From the NCBI GenBank assembly GCA_965216965.1, contig CBDCGX010000010.1:6249-70248 (forward strand): 64,000 bases of DNA. The letters run 5' to 3'. Below are positions 19,128 to 31,382 of this stretch, one piece after another. Numbering within the stretch: position 1 is the stretch's first letter; the number at the start of each line of letters is the position of its first letter. This stretch comes from Spirochaetia bacterium. GTDB taxonomy: Bacteria > Spirochaetota > Spirochaetia > WTKD01 > G963693115. The notes below the pieces were generated by a model, which was given only the letters and a program-made list of their open reading frames with translations, was not told the origin of the DNA and ran no database searches. Both the position numbers and the translations under genes were made by a program.

Positions 19128-20297
19128 CTATCTGTCTTTTTCTAAAATAGTAGCCCGTAGTTTTTTTAATAAGTATATTCTTTTTTGACTTGCTTCTTCA
19201 ATGATCCTAAAATCAGGATGTGCAGATGATATCATAACGATTTTTTTTTGAGGGTTGTTTGAGTTGTCTGTGAGTACTTGTACAATTGGATGTTGTGTTT
19301 TTTGAGGAGTGTAAAGAACAACTGCATGTGTATTGTTTTTGAGTTTGACGTATGTTCCTGTGGGGATTGGTCCTAGTATTTGTTTTATGTTATTTGCAAG
19401 TTCTTTGTTAAAGTGAGTGGTAGTGTTTTTTTCTATTTCTAATAAAACAGTACGTGGAGAATTTTTTTTTAGACAGAGATTTTTTACATAATAATTTCCA
19501 ATTGATATAAATTGCCCATGCATTTCTGTTTGTATTGTTTTGTTTATTTTTGTTATATTGAGTTTTTGGGGATTTATAAATGATTTTATTTCTTTTATTG
19601 TACATATAATTTCTTTAGGGAAACGCCATTTCTTTAACATTGCAAGAGATATTTTAGAAATAAGTTCTTGAATTTTAGGGTGAGAGAAACCATCTTCAGT
19701 TATATACGGGGTTGATTTTTTTATTATTTGGAGTCGACCTATTTCGGAAAGAAAAGCACTCATTGCTATATTGATTTTTGTTTGTTTGTCTGAAAATTCA
19801 TTTAAGGTGGGAGACTCTAAGAGTGCTGTTATAAAAAGAGTAAAACGCAACAATATATCAAAGGTTAGATGACTGGATATTCTTTCAAAATCTTGGGGCA
19901 TTAAAAATAGAAATGGATATATCTTAACATTGGGAAAGATAGTGGAAGTAATAAAATTTTCTAGATTCTTGTAAGATAGCGAGGATTCTAAAAGTACTTG
20001 ATTTAAAATGATTTCAGTTTGTTGCATGAGATCTTTATATATGAAACAAACGTTTTTAAATTTTTCGATTTCTGAGGTGGCTTCTTCTAATGTTAAGATT
20101 CTAGGAATTATGGTAGAAAGAGATGAAGAAATGTCTTTTTTAGAATATAAAGTAGGTATTTGAGAGGCAATAAAGATGTTTTGTATATCATTGTTTATTT
20201 CTGTGTATGGAAATAATAGAATAAAGGATGTATCAAGATATATATAATCTTTTGTATAACATGTGGGCGGTATATGTATTGGTGAATTTTTTTTCAT
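19128..20297 (-). CDS. Degenerate HD-GYP-like protein
   Basis: AFLSEIGRL (cf. LLHDIGK), FSHP, C-terminal LGPIPTGTYVKLKNNTHAVV typical of extended HD-GYP proteins. Confidence 0.6.
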   Translation of the reverse strand: MKKNSPIHIPPTCYTKDYIYLDTSFILLFPYTEINNDIQNIFIASQIPTLYSKKDISSSLSTIIPRILTLEEATSEIEKFKNVCFIYKDLMQQTEIILNQVLLESSLSYKNLENFITSTIFPNVKIYPFLFLMPQDFERISSHLTFDILLRFTLFITALLESPTLNEFSDKQTKINIAMSAFLSEIGRLQIIKKSTPYITEDGFSHPKIQELISKISLAMLKKWRFPKEIICTIKEIKSFINPQKLNITKINKTIQTEMHGQFISIGNYYVKNLCLKKNSPRTVLLEIEKNTTTHFNKELANNIKQILGPIPTGTYVKLKNNTHAVVLYTPQKTQHPIVQVLTDNSNNPQKKIVMISSAHPDFRIIEEASQKRIYLLKKLRATILEKDR

Positions 20298-20443
20298 ATT
20301 ATTGAGTAAATACTAAAGAATATATACTTTTTCTATTATTGGCATGATTCTAGTCTTATATTATGTGATAATATCAATTATATTGTAAAAAGATACTATT
20401 ATATAATAGTAGATAATAAATAAACTATTGCGGAAAATCATAC

Positions 20444-20473
20444 TTGACATAATATGAGTATGCCTGTTATTAT
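20444..20473 (+). promoter_or_regulatory. sigma70-like promoter of rho
   Basis: TTGACA-N18-TATTAT with extended TG; implies a ~175-nt leader. Confidence 0.55.
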
Positions 20474-20653
20474 TATTTATGCTATAGTATAAAGTAGTAT
20501 ACAAAATATCTGAGGGAATACTTCATACTTACATCAATGAATATCTAAATTGTAGCTATCAATTTATAAACAATGTGTGTATGTATGTGTGTGTATATAT
20601 AAAGATAAAATTTTATTTAAAGTAATTATTTACTATTTCACAGGAAGAACATT

Positions 20654-22240
20654 ATGGAAAAAGAAATACAATCTGATGGAAAAAAAGTTGTGTGTAAAAT
20701 ACTAACAAAAAAATCAGATGATACAATATCAGATGCAGTAGGGAATATTGTAGCTGCTCCTATTACAGAGGAAAATACAACTCTTTTAAAAAAAGATAAA
20801 GTAAAGCAAGATGGGTTTTCTCATAAGACTGTGCGTTATAGAAAAAGTGTTGTGTCAGAAGAATCTAACGGTATGCCTTATAAGTATATAAAAGAAAATA
20901 AAGAGGTAAAAAGAGAGGAAGTGGAGAAAAAAGAAGAATATGCTCCCTCCCCCACAGACATCAATGGCCGTGCTGATGTATATCATGATATGCTTACAGA
21001 AAAGTCAATGATTGAGTTGAGAAAACTGGCAGAGCAAATTAATGTTGTCTCCGATAATATTGCTGCTCTAAAAAAACAAGAAATTATATTTGAGATAATG
21101 GATACGTATGTAAAACAAGGAATAACAGTGCATGCACGAGGAACACTTGAAATAATGTCAGATTCGTATGGATTCCTTCGATCTTCTCAAAATTCTTATT
21201 TACCTGGTCCTGGAGATATTTATATATCTACTTCACATATTAGACGAACAAATCTTAAGACAGGTGATATGGTAGAGGGGCTAATCCGACCTCCACGTAA
21301 AGGAGAAAGATTCTTTGCACTTAAAAGTATAGAAAAAATAAATTTTGATATTCCATCAACTACGCAGACGCGTATACCTTTTGATACTCTTACTCCTCTG
21401 TATCCAGAAGAGCGTATTCAACTTGAAAAATCTGATGGTGATATATCTACAAGAATAATAGATATTATATCTCCTATAGGAAAAGGTCAAAGAGGACTAT
21501 TAGTAGCTCCTCCGCGTACTGGAAAGACAATCTTACTCCAGAAAATAGCAAATGCAATTACAGAAAATCATCCGGAAATATATCTCATTGTTCTTCTTAT
21601 TGATGAACGTCCTGAAGAAGTTACTGATATGCAACGGAACGTAAAAGCAGAAGTTATTGCCTCTACGTTTGATGAGCAGGCAAGTAGGCATGTTCAAGTT
21701 GCTGAAATGGTGCTTGAGAAATCTCGCAGGTTTGTAGAACATGGGAAGGATGTTGTTATTTTGCTTGACTCCATTACTCGGTTAGCTCGTGCTTATAATC
21801 AGAGTGTGCCAGCATCTGGAAAAATACTTTCTGGAGGAGTTGATTCTAATGCTCTTCATAGACCTAAAAGATTTTTTGGTGCAGCGCGTAATATAGAAGG
21901 GGGAGGTAGCCTTACTATTGTTGCAACGGCATTGATTGAGACAGGAAGTCGGATGGATGAGGTTATTTTTGAAGAGTTTAAGGGAACTGGTAATATGGAG
22001 GTATGTCTTGATAGACGAATATCTAATAGAAGGGTGTTTCCTGCCATAAATGTGAAGAAATCAGGTACTCGTCGTGAAGACCTTTTGCTCACTCCCGAAG
22101 AGCTTCAGAAGATGTGGGTTTTAAGAAAAGTAATAAATACTATGGATGATACAGAAATTATAGAACTTATAGTAGATAAGATGAGGAAAACAAAAACGAA
22201 TCAAGAGTTTTTTCAATCTATGAATGTAGCATCTCAATAG
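20654..22240 (+). CDS. rho: Transcription termination factor Rho (N-terminal extension)
   Basis: [45 protein letters not shown]. Confidence 0.98.
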   Translation: MEKEIQSDGKKVVCKILTKKSDDTISDAVGNIVAAPITEENTTLLKKDKVKQDGFSHKTVRYRKSVVSEESNGMPYKYIKENKEVKREEVEKKEEYAPSPTDINGRADVYHDMLTEKSMIELRKLAEQINVVSDNIAALKKQEIIFEIMDTYVKQGITVHARGTLEIMSDSYGFLRSSQNSYLPGPGDIYISTSHIRRTNLKTGDMVEGLIRPPRKGERFFALKSIEKINFDIPSTTQTRIPFDTLTPLYPEERIQLEKSDGDISTRIIDIISPIGKGQRGLLVAPPRTGKTILLQKIANAITENHPEIYLIVLLIDERPEEVTDMQRNVKAEVIASTFDEQASRHVQVAEMVLEKSRRFVEHGKDVVILLDSITRLARAYNQSVPASGKILSGGVDSNALHRPKRFFGAARNIEGGGSLTIVATALIETGSRMDEVIFEEFKGTGNMEVCLDRRISNRRVFPAINVKKSGTRREDLLLTPEELQKMWVLRKVINTMDDTEIIELIVDKMRKTKTNQEFFQSMNVASQ

Positions 22241-22245
22241 AAATG

Positions 22246-22274
22246 TTTACAAAAATATAAAGAAAGGATATACT
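22246..22274 (+). promoter_or_regulatory. sigma70-like promoter of rpmE
   Basis: TTTACA-N17-TATACT. Confidence 0.6.
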
Positions 22275-22314
22275 AATTATTATCTTACTTTAAATTTGAG
22301 GAGAAATAAAAATA

Positions 22315-22587
22315 ATGAAAAAAGAAATACATCCTGAATATAACAAAATAGTGTTTAGAGATATGTCTACAAATGACATGTTTCTTATTCCTTCTACGTT
22401 GCATAGTAATAAGAAAGTAAAGTATGAAGATGGAAAAGAATATCCTCTTGTAGAAATAGAAATCACAAGTGCTTCTCATCCTTTTTATACAGGTACTCAG
22501 AAACTTGTTGATACAGCTGGACGTATTGAACGATTTCGAAAGAAATTCAAGCTTGATAATGTAAATCTTATCGCTGACAAAAAATAA
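22315..22587 (+). CDS. rpmE: 50S ribosomal protein L31, type B (Zn-free)
   Basis: [24 protein letters not shown]; no Cys. Confidence 0.96.
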   Translation: MKKEIHPEYNKIVFRDMSTNDMFLIPSTLHSNKKVKYEDGKEYPLVEIEITSASHPFYTGTQKLVDTAGRIERFRKKFKLDNVNLIADKK

Positions 22588-22722
22588 AGTAATTCTTCTA
22601 TGTGTATTATCATTTTTGGATGATAGCTTTTCTGAATACATCATACTAGTTAAAATATCTATACTCTGCTCATAATTTGTGCAAAGAAAAAAATATAGTA
22701 AATATGATATTATATTGACTAT

Positions 22723-25657
22723 ATGAGTTTTTCGTTGAAAAAAACATTTTCTAATACTTTTGCAAATGCAGAAGTATTTCTATATGAACATGCGTTAACC
22801 GGATGCGAAGTGATTCATGTTTATAATAATGATGCAGAAAATATCTTTGCATTTACTTTTCCAACGTATCCTACAAATAATACAGGGATATCTCACATAT
22901 TAGAACATACTGTATTATGTGGATCACAAAAATATCGTTCCAAATCCCCTTTTTTACATCTTTGTAAGAGTAGCTGCAAAACATTTTTGAATGCAATTAC
23001 TTATCCTGATAGAACCATATATCCTGCTGCATCAACTCTTAAAGAAGATTTATTTAATATTATGTCTGTATATGTAGATGCTGTGTGGTTTCCTCTTTTG
23101 GATGAAGCGTTTTTTAGACAAGAAGGGTTTTATATAGTGCCTCCCGATAGTAATTCAAAACATCCTTCTACGGCAGGAGTTGTATATAACGAGATGAAGG
23201 GAGCATATTCTGAACGAGATTCTATTATTATGGAGCGCATACTTTCTAGCCTTTTTAGAAACTCATTATATCAATATGATAGCGGAGGATGTCCTAATAA
23301 TATACCAGAATTATCATATGAGGATTTTGTACGCTTTCATAAGAAATGGTATCATCCGAGTTTGACAAAAATAGTACTATATGGCAATATCCCTACACAA
23401 GAATATTTATTGTTTTTAGAAGAGCGGCTTAATCAATGGCAATGTATGCAGAATGAGAATATAAAAGGTCATGTAGCAAATGAAAAGGTACTGCCTATTG
23501 TGCCACGAAATTCATATCAAAAAACAAGAAGTCTTGAAAAAGACATAGAAATTCTTGTTCCATCTTCTCAAGAAAAAAAAGCATATAAACAATTCTCTCT
23601 TGATATAAGTTGGGTACTTCCTCATGATAGTACTGATAGTATTTCTCGTATGAGTATTATCCTTTTGCATACAGTGCTTATAGGAATGACAGGAGCTCCA
23701 ATTCGAAGACGACTGGTAGATAGTGGATTGATAGATGATATAAGCGAACTTACAGGAGTAGATTCTGATATATATAATATTATCTACACTATGGGGTGTT
23801 CTGGTATTGCAAAAGAAAATGTGCAAAAAGTTAAGCAGCTTATTCTTACTTCATTGAGTGAGGAAATAAATAGGGGATTAGAAGAATCTCTTTTACGTGC
23901 TGCATTTAGAAGGGCAGAATTTTCTATAAAAGAGTCGCTCACAAGCACTCAAAGCAAGGTATATTGGGTACTTGGAATTGCGAAGAATATGCTATATAGA
24001 GGTAATATAGAACAGAATATAGAACCCGTGTCTATTTTAGATATGCTTAAGAAAAAATTCTAGATAAGCACTATCTTGTAACTTTCGCAAAGAAATACAT
24101 TCTTGAAAACACACATAGAGTTGTAGTAGTTGGCACTCCTGATCCTGAGTATACTCAACGTGAAAAAGAAAAAGAAAAAGAAATGGTACAGCGGTTTGTG
24201 GAATAAAAAGGATCAACAGGAATATTGGATAAATATAGGTAAAAAAATAATAACTGGAATACAACAAGATGATTCAACAGAAGATGTAGAGACCATACCG
24301 TCACTTACATTAGAACGACTTCCTAAAAAAGTAAAGTGTTTTTCACAGGAAAAGGGATTATATAAGGATATTCCATACCAATGGGTGGAAAATGATGACA
24401 ATGGGATTGTGTATTTATGGTGGTATTTTGATATTACAGACATAGCGTATGAAATGAAAAAAATGAGTCCCATATTGCCAACACTTGCGGTAGGGTTTAC
24501 AGATTTTGGACTTATTGATACTCCCTATGAAGTGCTTTCGGCAGAAATAAAAAGTACTACGGGAAGATTAGGTGGAGGTACTTGATACTGTTGCTACATT
24601 AGAAAAAGAAGCAAAAGCATATCTCTGTATTCATATGAGTGTGTTAGATACCCATGTGGAAAAGGGCATGAATCTTTTACATAGAATGCTTAGTAGAGGG
24701 GATTTTACAAATGAAACACGATTTACTCAAATTATAAATGAAGGGAAAGCATTTATGAGATCGCGAATGATGGATGGAGGAACTCATCTTGCAATTTTAA
24801 AAGCTTCACTTCCATATAGTGCAATAGCATCTTTAGATGATATATGGCATGGAATGGAGCAACTTTCATATCTTTTATCACCCCAGAATAATAAGAATAT
24901 GCTAAATGACATTGCTCTGCTTACAAAGAAAATATATTCTCGTAATAGAATGCACTGCGTAGTGGTGGCACACTCAAAGTATAAGAAAACTATATTACCA
25001 TTGATTGAGAAAACTGCACAAAAACTACAGAGTGATAAGGAATATGTATCTACGCGTACGTATTCTTTTGTGCGTTCCGATACACAGAAGCAAAGGGCTT
25101 TTTTATTGCCGTCTCAAACTGCATATAATGCAATGGTATTACCTACAGTGGATTACACACATAAATATTATGTTGCATATGATGTGCTTTCTCGCGTTGT
25201 GTCGGCACGTCTTTGGGAGAACATACGTATGCGATACGGAGCATATGGGACAGGATGTTCTTTGATAGGTAATGAAGGCCTTATGGAATTCTATACATAT
25301 AGAGATCCTAAGATAGCAGAAAGTTTTGATGCATTTGAAATCACTTTAAGAGAGATTGCAAAAGGAATTGACTATCAGGAAATACAGCATGTATGTGTGG
25401 GGAAAATAGGCGAGTCATTGAGCCCCTTATCACCTATACAAAAAGGAAAAATAGCACACAGAAGAGATATATGTTCTATTACAGATGAGCTAAGACAAAA
25501 CATACGCGATTCTATCTTTTCACTTACTCCAGATGCTGTAAGTGATGCAGCACATCATTGTTTGGACATTATGGATAGAGCTAGTAAAACGTCATTTTGT
25601 AATGAAGATGTATCTCACACATATCAATGGGACACTATAGAACGGGTTCCACAATAG
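22723..25657 (+). CDS. M16C presequence-protease/insulinase family peptidase, three apparent frameshifts (~24055, ~24196, ~24578)
   Basis: HILEH inverted Zn motif, FLNAITYPDRT, GVVYNEMKG, LWENIRMRYGAYG, YRDP; bridging frame ILENTHRVVVVGTPDP at ~24057-24200. Confidence 0.88.
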
Positions 25658-25682
25658 AAACGTACGCACTATACTATAAATT

Positions 25683-26499
25683 ATGGCATATATTGTAATT
25701 ACTGGGGCTTCGTCTGGTATAGGAAAGGAACTTGCATATAGTTTTGCAAAAAGAAAATATAATCTCCTTCTTATTGCTCGTAGAGAAGACTTGCTTAAAA
25801 AAATATCAGTTACTATAAAAAAATTATATGCAGTGCAGGTTGATATTCTCATATACGATATAACCGATAAAAATAATAGAGATAAGATTATTTCTCATAT
25901 ACAAAAAAAGAAATATTCTATAAAAGCGTTTATCAATAATGCTGGTTTTGGTGGTGTAGGAATGTTCTTTGATATGGATATTGAAACACAACAAAGTATG
26001 ATTGATCTTAATATTTCTGCATTGGTGTATTTTACTCATAAGATATTGCCTATACTAGAATGTTTTAGTGCAGAGGACAATGAGGCATATATAATGAATG
26101 TTGGATCTGTTGCGGGGTTTATGCCTGGTCCCTACATGACTAATTATTACGCTACAAAAGCGTTTGTGGTATCTTTTACAGAATCTCTTTCTGAAGAGTG
26201 TAAGAAGAATAAAAGATATATAATACCCTCTGTATTGTGTCCCGGGTCCTATAGGAACTGAGTTTAGTAGGGTGGCACACTTTGCAAATAATACATCTTT
26301 ACTTGGTAGGATCTTTAGCAAGAAAGAAAAAAAATCTTTGAATGTTTCAAAAGTAGCTGAATATGCAGTTGTTCAAATGTTTAAAAATAAACGCATAATT
26401 ATACCTGGTATGTTTAAAGTGGTGATCTTCCTATTTCGTTTTTTACCGCGAACTGTTGTTTCTAGAATTATGGAAATAATTCAAAGGCAGAGAATATGA
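25683..26499 (+). CDS. Short-chain dehydrogenase/reductase, frameshift at ~26245
   Basis: TGASSGIG, NNAG, YYATK; removing one G gives CPGPIGTEF and joins ORF 26272-26499. Confidence 0.88.
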
Positions 26500-26665
26500 C
26501 ATACTTATACATTCCTTGTAGTAAAGTTGTAATTTATATGTATTTTTTAATGTTATTACATACAAATAAATTAAATCTGGCTATAATATATATAACAACT
26601 AATAAAAAACAATATAATATCATTTTCTAATGACCATATGTTGTGAATCTTAAGGAGGATATATA

Positions 26666-27744
26666 ATGATGTTTAATCTTAAGCCCGGAATTATTTATGG
26701 AAATCAAATGAAAGAGCTTTTCCAATACTGCAAGGAGCAAACAATGTGCATTGCCCGCAGATAAATATTATAGGTTCTAGCACGGCAAATGCTGCTATGA
26801 ATGCAGCAAAGAAATCGTCTTCACCTATAATTATTCAATATTCAAATGGAGGAGCGATTTTTAATGCTGGTAAACATATTGACAATACAAACAATCGTGC
26901 GGCGGTAATAGGTGCTGTTGCGGGAGCATTACATATTCATACACTTGCAAAATTATACGGTGTAAGTGTTATTTTACATACAGACCATTGTCAAAGAAAA
27001 ATTATTAGCTGGGTAGATGGATTGCTTTTAGAAAACGAAGCATTTTATTGAAAAACATTCGCGACCTCTTTACAGCTCTCATATGCTGGATCTTTCGGAG
27101 GAAAACCTTGACGAAAATATACAAACATGTGCAAAATATCTTGAGAGGATGAGTAAAATTGATATTACACTTGAGATTGAACTTGGAGTAACAGGTGGAG
27201 AAGAAGATGGCGTCGATAATACCGGCATGGATTTATCACGACTTTATACACAGCCCCAAGATGTGCTTAAGGCATACGATGCACTTTCTTCTATAGGACA
27301 GTTTACTGTTGCTGCATCGTTTGGCAATACTCATGGAGTATATAAGCCGGGAAATGTAAAGCTTACTCCTGAGATACTTAAGAACTCACAAGAGCTTGTA
27401 CAAAGAGAAAGAAACACTAGCGAAAAACCAGCTTGACCTTTGTATTTCACGGCGGATCTGGTTCTGAGAAATCAAAGATTAGTGAGGCACTTTCGTATGG
27501 TATAATTAAAATGAATATAGATACTGATACTCAATGGGCATATTGTGAACCAGTACGAAGGTATATGGATGAAAAACATGAATACCTAATGGGACAAATT
27601 GGTAATCCTGAAGGTGAAGACAAGCCAAATAAAAAACATATTGATCCTCGTATGTGGCTTATGAAAGGAGAAGATGGAGTAACAGAAAGACTTATAGAGG
27701 CGTTTAAGGATCTTAACTCATTTAATAAGTTTACATTTTCTTAA
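26666..27744 (+). CDS. fbaA: Class II fructose-bisphosphate aldolase, ~4 frameshifts (~26740, ~26760, ~27048, ~27432)
   Basis: ALPAIN, HTDHC, SSHMLDLS, GGEEDGVDN, GNTHGVY, FHGGSGS, KMNIDTD spread over frames; AAGGAGG RBS. Confidence 0.92.
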
Positions 27745-27803
27745 ATAATAAAAAAACTTAAAGAAGTCTTTGGAAAATAGAGATCTTTTATAAAGGGATA
27801 AAG

Positions 27804-28505
27804 TTATTTCTTTAATATTTCTGTAAGTACTTCTTCACATTGATGTCTGTTTCTGTTAAGAGGGCTTGGGTGTGGTATATAAGATGTATTCATGGTAGGA
27901 AATGCTTTTGTAATCATGGTAAAAGTATATCTTCCAATTGCAAGTATGTGAGTGATTTTTAATATGCGTATATAGCTGGTTAAATGATTTAAACAAATAC
28001 CTTCTATATTTATTCTGTGTTGTTTAGGGAGCTTATCGGGAGTAATATTTTCTCCTGATGGAGAAAAAAAAGCAAGGGGACAATAATTGAGCACACAGTG
28101 GCGAGAGAAAAAATGTTTTGCATGTGGAAATAATGAACTAATAATTTTCCAGAGAAGTACTCCACTTGGTTCTTCTCTGGTATAATTCATTCCTTTAATT
28201 GGGCGCTGAGAAATTGTTGTTTTTGGAAGGTGTATTGTGGGAGAAATGGCAATATAGTCTCTTACTGTGCTAATGTTTCCAAAGGGGACACCTGTTTGTA
28301 GCATGCCATGAGGACCGGGATTTATACCAAGGAGTAGCGTATGGGTTGTAGGAAATATCGTTTTTTTGATATACTGTTTCCAACCATCCCATGCATAATC
28401 AAATACGTTATATATGGTGATATTAGTGTCAATTGTATCGGTAGGAAAAAGTTTTAGAAAATGTTTTGTGGTATTTTTACTTATAGAAAGAAGCTTTTGT
28501 TTCAC
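27804..28505 (-). CDS. SMUG1-type (family 3) uracil-DNA glycosylase
   Basis: GINPGPHGMLQTGVPFG, E-x-SG, NYCPL, NITPDKL, HPSP. Confidence 0.88.
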   Translation of the reverse strand: MKQKLLSISKNTTKHFLKLFPTDTIDTNITIYNVFDYAWDGWKQYIKKTIFPTTHTLLLGINPGPHGMLQTGVPFGNISTVRDYIAISPTIHLPKTTISQRPIKGMNYTREEPSGVLLWKIISSLFPHAKHFFSRHCVLNYCPLAFFSPSGENITPDKLPKQHRINIEGICLNHLTSYIRILKITHILAIGRYTFTMITKAFPTMNTSYIPHPSPLNRNRHQCEEVLTEILKK

Positions 28506-28548
28506 GTTATAATAATTATAGTTTATTGAGAAATTAAGAGGTATATCA

Positions 28549-29525
28549 TTGGAATTATTGCAGAAAAATTTTAATATGGCAATTACAACATGGAAAACTA
28601 TTTCTACAGAAATAGGAAAAGTACTTGTAGGTCAAAATATGCTTATAGATAGACTTATTATGGCTATTGCTCTCAATGCTCATGTCTTAGTAGAGGGTCT
28701 CCCTGGACTTGCAAAAACACTTTCAATAAAACTACTAGCAGAGACAACGGGAGCTGGGTTTTCTCGAATACAGTTTACTCCTGATCTTCTTCCTGCTGAT
28801 ATTACAGGAACAATGATATATAGCCAACAGGCTGGCTATCTTAAGCCTCATAAAGGTCCTATATTTTCTAATGTGGTTCTTGCAGATGAAATTAATAGAG
28901 CACCAGCAAAAGTGCATGCTGCCCTCCTTCAAGCAATGGAAGAACGGTCAGTTACCCTTGGCAAAGAAGTGCACACACTTCCTTCTCCTTTTGTAGTTAT
29001 GGCGACGCAGAACCCCATAGAACAAGAGGGAACATATGAGTTACCAGAGGCACAATTAGACAGGTTTTTATTTAAACTTATAGTTGATTATCCTAGTCTT
29101 GATGAAGAACATACAATACTTTCTCGGGCAGATGATATAGAGGATTTTCATGTTTCAAAGGTGAGTACTCTAGCAAGTATTAAAGAGATAGGAGCATTTG
29201 CAAGACATGTGAATGTTGAAGACTCAATAAAAAAATATATAGTAAATATAGTAGATGCTACGCGAGGGGGAGAACAGTCGGGAATAGCATCATCATTTAT
29301 ACGATATGGTGCTTCTCCGAGAGCATCGCTTGCTCTTTTTAAAGTTGCAAGAATAGAGGCTCTACGACATTCACGTTCTTATGTTACTCCCAGATGATGT
29401 AAAAGCAATAGCCTTTGATGTGTTAAGACATAGAATAATACTTTCTTTTGATGCAATAGCAAACGGAACAAGCACAGGACGATGTAATTAAGGATGTTCT
29501 TTCACATGTTTCTGTTCCGCAATAA
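28549..29525 (+). CDS. MoxR family AAA+ ATPase, two frameshifts near the C-terminus (~29390, ~29478)
   Basis: EGLPGLAKT, RIQFTPDLLPADITG, ADEINRA, ATQNPIEQEGTY, AQLDRF; shifted frames give VTPDDVK..VLRHRI and DDVIKDVLSHVSVPQ*. Confidence 0.92.
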
Positions 29526-30417
29526 ATCACAACGCAATCAAAACAAAACACATTCTCTAGAATATAAAGAGAATGCCGTGCTCTTACAAAAAGTGTGGAT
29601 GAATGTAGATAGAATAAGAAAAAGTACGCGAATAGGGCAATATGAGTCGATGTTTCGCGATAATGGTCTTGAATATGCTGGTTCTCGCCAATATGTGTAT
29701 GGAGATGATAGCAGATATATAGATTGGAACGTTACTGGTCGATTACAGAAATTGCATACAAAGTCTTTTTTTACAGAACGTTCTCGTACGTTATGGTGTG
29801 TGTGTGATATATCAGCATCAATGGAAATTGGATCACCGCGCTCGCTTTTGAGTGTTGCAACAGAGATAGGGGCAACCTTTTTACTTCTTGCTCACACATA
29901 TAAGGATAAAACAGGAGCAATTACATTCTCCGAGGAAGTAGACGATGTGTTGCCAATACAAGCACAATCTAATGTTGCAATTCGTTTTGTAACGAATTGC
30001 ATGGGGAAAAATCAATATAAACAAAAAAGCAGTTTATATAGTGCGTTGCTATATACAAAAAATATATTGTCACAGCGTTCTTTTGTAGTAATTATTTCTG
30101 ATTTTTTTACTCCTAGAATTAAAGAGTCAATTTCACTTATATCATGTTATCATGATGTGCTTGCTATAAGAGTAATATATGATGTTCATAATTTACTTCC
30201 TTATAAGGGGGTAATCCCTTTTAAAGATAGCGAAGAAAGAGAAAAGAAGTTTTTGTCTTTTTCAAAAATACACTCAGAATACATGCAATGGTGTAAAGGA
30301 CGTGATAGAGCGTGGAAAGATATGTGTAGAAACAATAAAATACAATCTATTGATATTACTTCTGGAGATTCAATTTTGTATGTTTTGCTCAGATATATAA
30401 AATATAGAAAGAGATGA
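29494..30417 (+). CDS. DUF58 domain protein (start uncertain)
   Basis: GLEYAGSRQYVYGDDSRYIDWNVTGR, DISASM, IISDF; follows MoxR. Confidence 0.88.
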   Translation: MFFHMFLFRNKSQRNQNKTHSLEYKENAVLLQKVWMNVDRIRKSTRIGQYESMFRDNGLEYAGSRQYVYGDDSRYIDWNVTGRLQKLHTKSFFTERSRTLWCVCDISASMEIGSPRSLLSVATEIGATFLLLAHTYKDKTGAITFSEEVDDVLPIQAQSNVAIRFVTNCMGKNQYKQKSSLYSALLYTKNILSQRSFVVIISDFFTPRIKESISLISCYHDVLAIRVIYDVHNLLPYKGVIPFKDSEEREKKFLSFSKIHSEYMQWCKGRDRAWKDMCRNNKIQSIDITSGDSILYVLLRYIKYRKR

Positions 30418-31382
30418 AAAAAAATTGTTGTTTAATAATATGTATTTTTATTGTTACATATGGGTTTTCTCAAATCCTAAAGACAAGCATTGTTTCTATT
30501 AAACCAGATAAGCCTAAAGTTGGAGAAGTAATCTATGTAACGGTACAATATGTGTCTTCTCAAAATGAGGAAAAGGCTATATATTCATATAATTATAGGA
30601 ATTCAGATATTGTAGAGTTTGTTAGTGTACAACATAAGAAAACAAGAGGAGATATTGTAGAGATGCAAATCTCGTTTTATGTGAAGCGTCCAGGAATAAT
30701 AAGGTTGCCACCTATTGTTCAATCAATGGTAAGTGATACTATTTCAAGTAGTAGAAGCGTTATATTTCCTGATATATATATTTATAGCCTTCTTTCTGAA
30801 CAATTGTTAGAAATGATCAAAGACAAGGGAGAACCGATGTTCCCTATGAAAGGGGCTTTGTATTTTATTCTTTTTTTGATAAATAACATATTATTAGTTG
30901 TTTTGTTTTGTATTTTTATATATAAAATAAGAAAAAAACAATACATAAAGAAAATGATTGTGTTGTATGGAAATAGGTATAATGTAAGACTGTGTGAGGA
31001 AAAAGTTATGAAAGTCTATACTATTTCTAAGAAAATGAGCCAACCAAATTTTAAGAGACCACCTATAAATACAAGAAAATGTTATAAACAACTTATAGTG
31101 GCAATAAGGGAAAGAATGTTGTTTTTATTTGGAGAGGAAGTGATCTCTTTCACTCATGATGAGATGAGAGATGTTATACATAAGAGAATTTTCCATGGTC
31201 CCACTCAAGAACTATTTGAGCCCATTATGGGGTTCTTTAATGTTTTAGATAAGGTATTATATGGGAATGAAAAACAAGATCAAAACGTAAGAATTTATCA
31301 TTGTGGTGTGGTGCTAGAAGTACTCAAAAAATCTCGAAGAGTAGCTGTAAAGAACGATTCTAAAGTAGGCGAAAATAAATGA
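30414..31382 (+). CDS. Membrane protein of MoxR/Bat cluster (BatD-like)
   Basis: Signal peptide, beta-rich domain, one internal TM; position between DUF58 and vWA genes. Confidence 0.55.
   Translation: MKKNCCLIICIFIVTYGFSQILKTSIVSIKPDKPKVGEVIYVTVQYVSSQNEEKAIYSYNYRNSDIVEFVSVQHKKTRGDIVEMQISFYVKRPGIIRLPPIVQSMVSDTISSSRSVIFPDIYIYSLLSEQLLEMIKDKGEPMFPMKGALYFILFLINNILLVVLFCIFIYKIRKKQYIKKMIVLYGNRYNVRLCEEKVMKVYTISKKMSQPNFKRPPINTRKCYKQLIVAIRERMLFLFGEEVISFTHDEMRDVIHKRIFHGPTQELFEPIMGFFNVLDKVLYGNEKQDQNVRIYHCGVVLEVLKKSRRVAVKNDSKVGENK

Noticed and set aside
22723-29525. Stop-codon recoding or programmed frameshifting as the cause of split genes
   Set aside because: Homology continues in a different frame each time, with no shared slippery motif; TGA, TAG and TAA all end normal genes here.
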